This document shows, piece after piece, positions 50,864 to 56,530 of a DNA stretch of 56,530 bases. The notes below the pieces were generated by a model, which ran no database searches, was not told the DNA's origin, and worked only from the letters and a program-made list of their open reading frames with translations. The position numbers and the translations under genes were made by a program. The stretch is from assembly GCA_000320545.1 (NCBI GenBank), contig ADNK01000432.1, forward strand, positions 1-56,530, in the 5' to 3' direction. How positions within the stretch are numbered: the stretch's first letter is position 1; each line of letters begins with the position of its first letter. The DNA is from Bigelowiella natans CCMP2755 (taxonomy: Eukaryota; Protista; Cercozoa).

Positions 50864-51340
50864 TAAAGTCTCATATATAACTTGAACCCCTCCTCGCAGC
50901 GGAACGCACCTCGAGCTCTACTCCGCTGCCGGCTGCCAGGTATGTGATGTTGATGATGATGATGATGATGATAACGATGATTACGATGGGGAAGAACTGA
51001 TTCTTATCACGGGGATAGTGGGTGATGGTGATATTCATATGATTATGACGAAGATAATAACTGTTTGGTTGGTGTTCACAGGGAAACGTGGTAGAAATCG
51101 AGTCGTTCATCCTCGATCAGTGCATCACGCAGTACAACGCAAAAGTCGTAGGTACGATGACAGCGACGTTGATGCTGCATCATCATTCCTCATTATCATT
51201 ATTATCATCACGACACAACTTAATTAATACCCAGCGCCGGTGCAACAAGCGACTATCGATGCTGATAACTACGCGCAGGTTTTGATGAATACAGAGATAG
51301 GGAGGGCGGGAGAGAGAGAGAGATCGACCATCACCACCAT

Positions 51341-51388
<48 letters not shown>

Positions 51389-51547
51389 CGTGAGTATGTC
51401 TTGCAAGCGCGAATAGTACGTATTTTGACGATAAGACTGAAATACTGATCAGATTGAGGCTTTTTGGGACAATAGCACGGGACAAACCACGTCATGCACC
51501 AACAAATGGTAGCAAAGTAGACGGAAATACGGGAACTGATACTACGA

Positions 51548-51589
<42 letters not shown>

Positions 51590-52033
51590 ATGCATCTGAA
51601 TCTCATGGTCCCTTCCCTTCCTCCATGTCCTCACCAAATAAACAACTGACGATACGTAGGGAGGTCAACGCCCACCAATATATTGGCTATGTGAAAGACG
51701 CGTGCACGAACTGGGACAATAACCGAACCTACGGGTTGCATAGTGCCACCACAACAACAACAACACTCTGTCGCTTGTAAAAGTACCAGTATGTGCATTT
51801 CCTTTCTTTGTTCCGACTGGTGAAAGTGCATTTCGATTCAGCTAATAACCTCCGTGTGTCCCCATTTCTCCCCGTGAATAGATTCTACTGTTCCAACGGA
51901 CGCTTCTTCAAGGCACACTACGGGGGGGCATCCGACTGCTCAGGTTAAGAGGAAGAAGAGGAAAGAGAGTTGATGAGCTTTTAAGAAGCTCCGATGTTGC
52001 GCTTTGCGTCGCTCATTCATTGTTATTTGAATG

Positions 52034-52067
<34 letters not shown>

Positions 52068-52302
52068 AGGGAATCCGCTCTCCATCACATCGTCCACCAC
52101 CATCGAAGAGACTTGCGTACCTTATAAGTTGTTCGGCCCCTACAAGGAGTGGTGAGAATCAATAAAATCGTAAAAACAGACTTCATTCTTTACCATCATT
52201 GTCACCGTTGTGGGAAGTCATCACCGTCATCCTCCACATCGTACAACCCGTTACCCTTTTCTCTTGTTTCCATTATGCAGCAATGATCATGCAAAACTAA
52301 AC

Positions 52303-52343
<41 letters not shown>

Positions 52344-52654
52344 CGCTTCACTCTAGCATATGGAAATGTCAGGTTTGGCTGTGACGGGGCTCAGCATGCT
52401 ATGCATCTTGTCACAAACGGAATTCCATATGTACGCGCAACATTGCACACAACACAACACAACACAAGATACATTTTGTGTGCACATGTGTGTGGTCATC
52501 GTGTGTAAACTTATTCTTTATCGCTTGACAACGCAGGGCTACTCTCCTTTCTTTAGCTCTGCAGTTCGGAAGGTGCACACATAGATTGATAGATAGAATA
52601 GTAAACAACAACGGGCCTTAATCCATGTACAAAACCATGTACACACTCAATATT

Positions 52655-52697
<43 letters not shown>

Positions 52698-54487
52698 GTG
52701 TGCGTGTGCGTGTGCGTGTGTGTGTGTGCGCGCGCGCGTAATATGTTGTAACAGAGTATTATGTCCATTAGGTGTCCTTCAACGCAACGTTCCAAGACGT
52801 GGATTACACTTCTTACTCGACTATACAGAAGGTATCGTAACGCAAACATTCCCTTCCCTCTAGATCTATGCCCGACCAGAGAATATCAGCTTTTTGGTAT
52901 CCAATATGCAAATATCTCAAATATCTCAATACATATTAGGAGACGTTTCAAAATGTCATAAAGCTCAGCATAGCGACCGCAAAGATGATGGTTCTGATAC
53001 TTATTCCTCCCACCCCCATTCCGTCGTCATTATTGACAAATTAAAAACGTGGAGAACATGTAACATGCCGACCGCGCATGTGAGCATTTTCCTCATGTAT
53101 GGACGATGAATAGGATCGAGAAGCAATATCAATCACTTCCGTTGCCGGAGGGCCTGCGGTCGTAGAAGGAGAGGTTTCATAAAAAAAAAAATTGTACACA
53201 CGCACACACAAACACAGCATTCAATGTATTCAAAAATAGCACCGTACATATCAAAGAATGCTCATTGCTTGATAAGATTTTGGCGGTATCAAGAGCACCT
53301 ATATTTTTGTTTTGTTCCTGCGGCACGGCATGAATCGTGAACAATTCATGAGCGACGGCGATTCCTTTTTTACATGCGACATTCACAGCATCTTGTGACA
53401 TCTTCTCCTAGCTCCGGATTTGTCTACAAGGCCTTTCCTCCCGCGTGAGTGTGTGCGTGTGTTGTTGGTTATATACCGCCAGGTGTTTTGCCTGAGCAAC
53501 GCCGTAGCAACAGAGCTGGCCTCGATTTTACTAAGCAATCCTGCGCGCATCTTCAACGCGACGAACGGATACGATACGTCCGTCTACGGTCCGTGGCCAC
53601 TCCGCCGCAGCCAGCAGCTTTAAATAACGCCATGTGCGGTGTGCTCTCAGTCTCCCCCCCCCCCCCACACACCTACAGACACTCAGAATGATCTCTAAAC
53701 TACTCGTCTATGCACGTCGTAGGCCAAGTCCCTGCGCTTAAACCCTCCCCTTTCGTCCCTTTCATACACACACACACACACATTCGCGCGCACATACTGT
53801 CTCTCTCACGCAGCAATAAGTGTGCACATGCGTGACTACATAAATAGAACAATTGAGAATAAAAAGTTGACAATTGATACTTCGTGGACAACAACATGTG
53901 AAATAGGACAAATACCGACGATATCCTCGGCAACGGTCACTAATCCCAACACTGCCTCAACTTCCGCACCAACGCCGTCAGGGAGAGGCTCTTCAAAGGT
54001 CCATTAAAACCCATCGAGGATTTGTCCTGCGACACCAACTTTCTTTGCCATTTCGATGAATCCTGTGTTTTTCATATCGGTACGCACATGCGGCTGACAC
54101 TGCTATGGCTGATATCTTTAGGACGAAGACAAGAAGGACGCGTCAACGATTGTCATTGTGGTGTGCGGGTTTCTTCTCCTCGTCTGCGGAGTGGTGGGTT
54201 GTTTGAAGTCCTGAGGGACAAGTTACTGCATCGTGACATCAATATCTTAAGGTCTCTAACAACGTGCTTGCTTTCTCCCTCCTTAAAAGGTGATTGGCTG
54301 TGGGGGGGCGCGCTGCGAGAAGGATTTGCATCGGAAACCAGAGGAGGGGGACAGCGACAAAGGCAGAGGCAGCAATCAGAAAGTTGGTGTTGTGAACGGC
54401 ATTAGTCACACTGGGAAAAGCAGCAATGTGTCCCTCGCTTCTCCACGGGGTACAGTTAACGACCTGAAAGCTAACGTTATGCTGTGA
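49726..54487 (+). CDS. Type I membrane/surface protein (signal peptide, PT-rich linker, Cys-containing ectodomain, single TM, short tail)
   Basis: MGPLLFLLCTLGPSSYSGLASAAPTPFPTRAPTP at 50184 (in-frame upstream ATG exon at 49726). Many short exons with spaced Cys and N-glycosylation sequons (NRT, NAT). TM TIVIVVCGFLLLVCGV|VIG near 54145-54300. Stop at 54487. Confidence 0.7.
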
Positions 54488-54650
54488 TGGATTCCAAGTA
54501 ATAACTCTGTGCGATTCACGGCGAAAATACATGTGCAGTACATGGACAATTCTATACTTATCAAGCTACCTAGATAGACATTAAGACGCGTGTATTGTGC
54601 AAACAATATAAGTGTGTATTATTATATGATGATGCTGAACCCTATACATC

Positions 54651-54747
54651 CTGCTTATTCTTTTTCACAATACATGCAGTGATCAAGTCAAGCATGTGAT
54701 ACTGCTTATTCTTATTCACAATGCATGCAGCGATCAAGTCAAGCATG
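54651..54747. repeat. Intergenic tandem duplication, ~51-bp period
   Basis: ctgcttattctt(t/a)ttcacaat(a/g)catgcag(t/c)gatcaagtcaagcatg occurs twice with 3 mismatches. Confidence 0.9.
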
Positions 54748-55469
54748 GGCGTAAATTGTAACAACTATATTTCTTTCCACTGCTGCGCTGTCAACCGCGA
54801 GCACACCTATATACGTCAGATTTGAGACGTTCCGTAGCATTGGTATTACAAATCTATTTTTAACGATAGTTCATTTACATGTGCTAGATGTGGTCTTTCT
54901 CGCGCAGTATGATAACTAGATAATCTGTGCGCACACGTCTGCATATGTACTACGCTGCTACAAACGATGTGTGCACATATAGCATCTAGATTCATAGCTA
55001 TAATACACATGCAAGCACGCATGTAGCGTAGCTGCACATACGTACAGTCGGATAGCAACTAGGCATGCAAGCATGCATAACAGTCTTACAAAAACAAGAG
55101 CTGGCTGTGTTGCATTCGCATCATGACGGTGTACATGGAAAGCAGCTCACTACATATAGCACACGCAAAATACAATACATTACCATACTTACGTGACTGC
55201 GCCCATTTTTAGCATGAATATTTAAAGCGCGAGCGCAACGTAGCTGCCTGTGTAGGCCAGCATTATCACATTAATCGTCCATGTCACTCACATAATACGA
55301 TCGACAGCTTAGTGTATGCGGCGCCATACAGCCTTATTAATCACATCGTATCGCTCATCAATCCATGCTAGCATTCTTGATGCAGTAGTGGGGGTTGGAA
55401 AACCTAATTATACGGTTTCTCTGAATTAAGTAAATCATATTATGACACGGTCTTCTCCTCAACAGCCGC

Positions 55470-55795
55470 AGTATCTAAGAGTACTCGTAGCTAGATCCAT
55501 AGTGACTTTCGTCGCAATATTCCTTTCTTCTTAAGCACCCAGGCATTCCTCGGTGATGGATGGGTGTGTGTGTGTGGGGGGGGGGGGGGGGGGTTGCTGT
55601 TGGTGGGGATGATGATGGTGCTGCTGTTACGTACTGAGAGGATCCATTACTGCCTTGTTCGGTAGAGCATGATAGCATCATTGATCAGTCGATGTGGTAG
55701 GTCGTTTCTGGCATCGTGTATCTTACGCTTTTGAAGAACCCGTCCATTCCGAAGAAAGCGTCTATCATTCTGTCGTTCTTCTTCCTGTATTTATG

Positions 55796-55832
<37 letters not shown>

Positions 55833-56370
55833 AGTGCCAGGTGTGCGTCGTTTTGTAGTGTGCTCGCGTCAGTCAGCAACCAAAGAAAAGATGAAGATAC
55901 ACGCCTCCTCTCTCAATGGCGTGGGGTGGGAAGAGGGAGGAGGAGGCGTTGCTTGCGTGGAGGAGGAGGCGGGACGACGTGTTTGCTTGCGTTTGGTAAC
56001 ATAACCGCTACTTTGCGCTCGTTGATGTTGTTGTTTGCATATGGTTGATGAAGGTCACTGACTGTCGAGATATCTTCATCGATATCTTGGCCACATCTCC
56101 AACGCCGCACTGGGCTGGTTGCGTCAACAAGAAGGCCTGAAAAGAGAAGAGGACGCAGAAGAAGAAGAAGAAGAAGAAGAGGAGAAGGAGGAGGAGGAGG
56201 AGGAAACAGAAAACTCTCAAGCTTTGGTTACTACGTCCGCTACTGCCGCTGCTAATAATAATCATCGTAAAGATCATCATCATCATCCTTTGCACAGATT
56301 TATCTTCTTTATCCTACTTGCTGGCCCCAGTGTGTGATTCCGACGCGAGGGGACGTGCTTAGCACCACCT
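55470..56370 (-). CDS. 3' part of an unidentified multi-exon gene continuing beyond the window
   Basis: Non-repetitive exon-like blocks between microsatellite introns (e.g. RKKNDRMIDAFFGMDGFFKSVRYTMPE; VLKKKGILRRKSLWI*). Reading frame not resolved. Confidence 0.35.
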
Positions 56371-56392
56371 GGAAGTAACAACCACCATTATT

Positions 56393-56429
<37 letters not shown>

Positions 56430-56530
56430 TGTGCGTGTGTGTGTGTGTGTGTGAGGACATAGAAAGAGAGATACAAAAGAAAGGGGGGGGGGGGGGCGGG
56501 AGCGAGTGAAATAAAATATATATATGGGGG

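Larger units (their letters stand above)
302..56450. repeat. Dense microsatellites ((CT)n, (GT)n, (AT)n, (CAT)n, (GTT)n, (CTA)n, poly-C/G) through introns and some exons
   Basis: Examples at 302-343, 3310-3380, 8774-8838, 16880-16931, 22874-22942, 32076-32116 and 41510-41600. Confidence 0.95.

Overview
Eukaryotic, intron-rich protist DNA with GT-AG introns full of microsatellites. A chlorarachniophyte/rhizarian-like genome is my guess and cannot be proven from this window. I assembled about 14 protein-coding genes by hand from phase-consistent exons, and they alternate strictly in strand: PH-like+Qc-SNARE (+), signal-peptide protein (-), triple-repeat protein (+), coiled-coil/C2H2/zf-CW protein (-), PUS10 (+), NDUFA9 (-), SAM-kinesin-13 (+), NHL-repeat protein (-), cathepsin B with a Cys-rich tail (+), degenerate G-alpha-like domain fused to a 2OG-Fe(II) dioxygenase (-), intronless pseudo-kinesin/CCDC78-like gene (+), 7TM GPCR-like protein (-), type I membrane protein (+), and a partial gene (-). 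The tail-to-tail gaps hold LINE 3'-end relics, a 30-bp hairpin and deamination-like sequence. The most novel candidate is the pseudo-G-alpha/2OG-dioxygenase fusion (37912-41316), about 4 kb from the GPCR-like gene. I saw no rRNA, tRNA or CRISPR array. All family calls come from motif recognition by eye, with no database searches.
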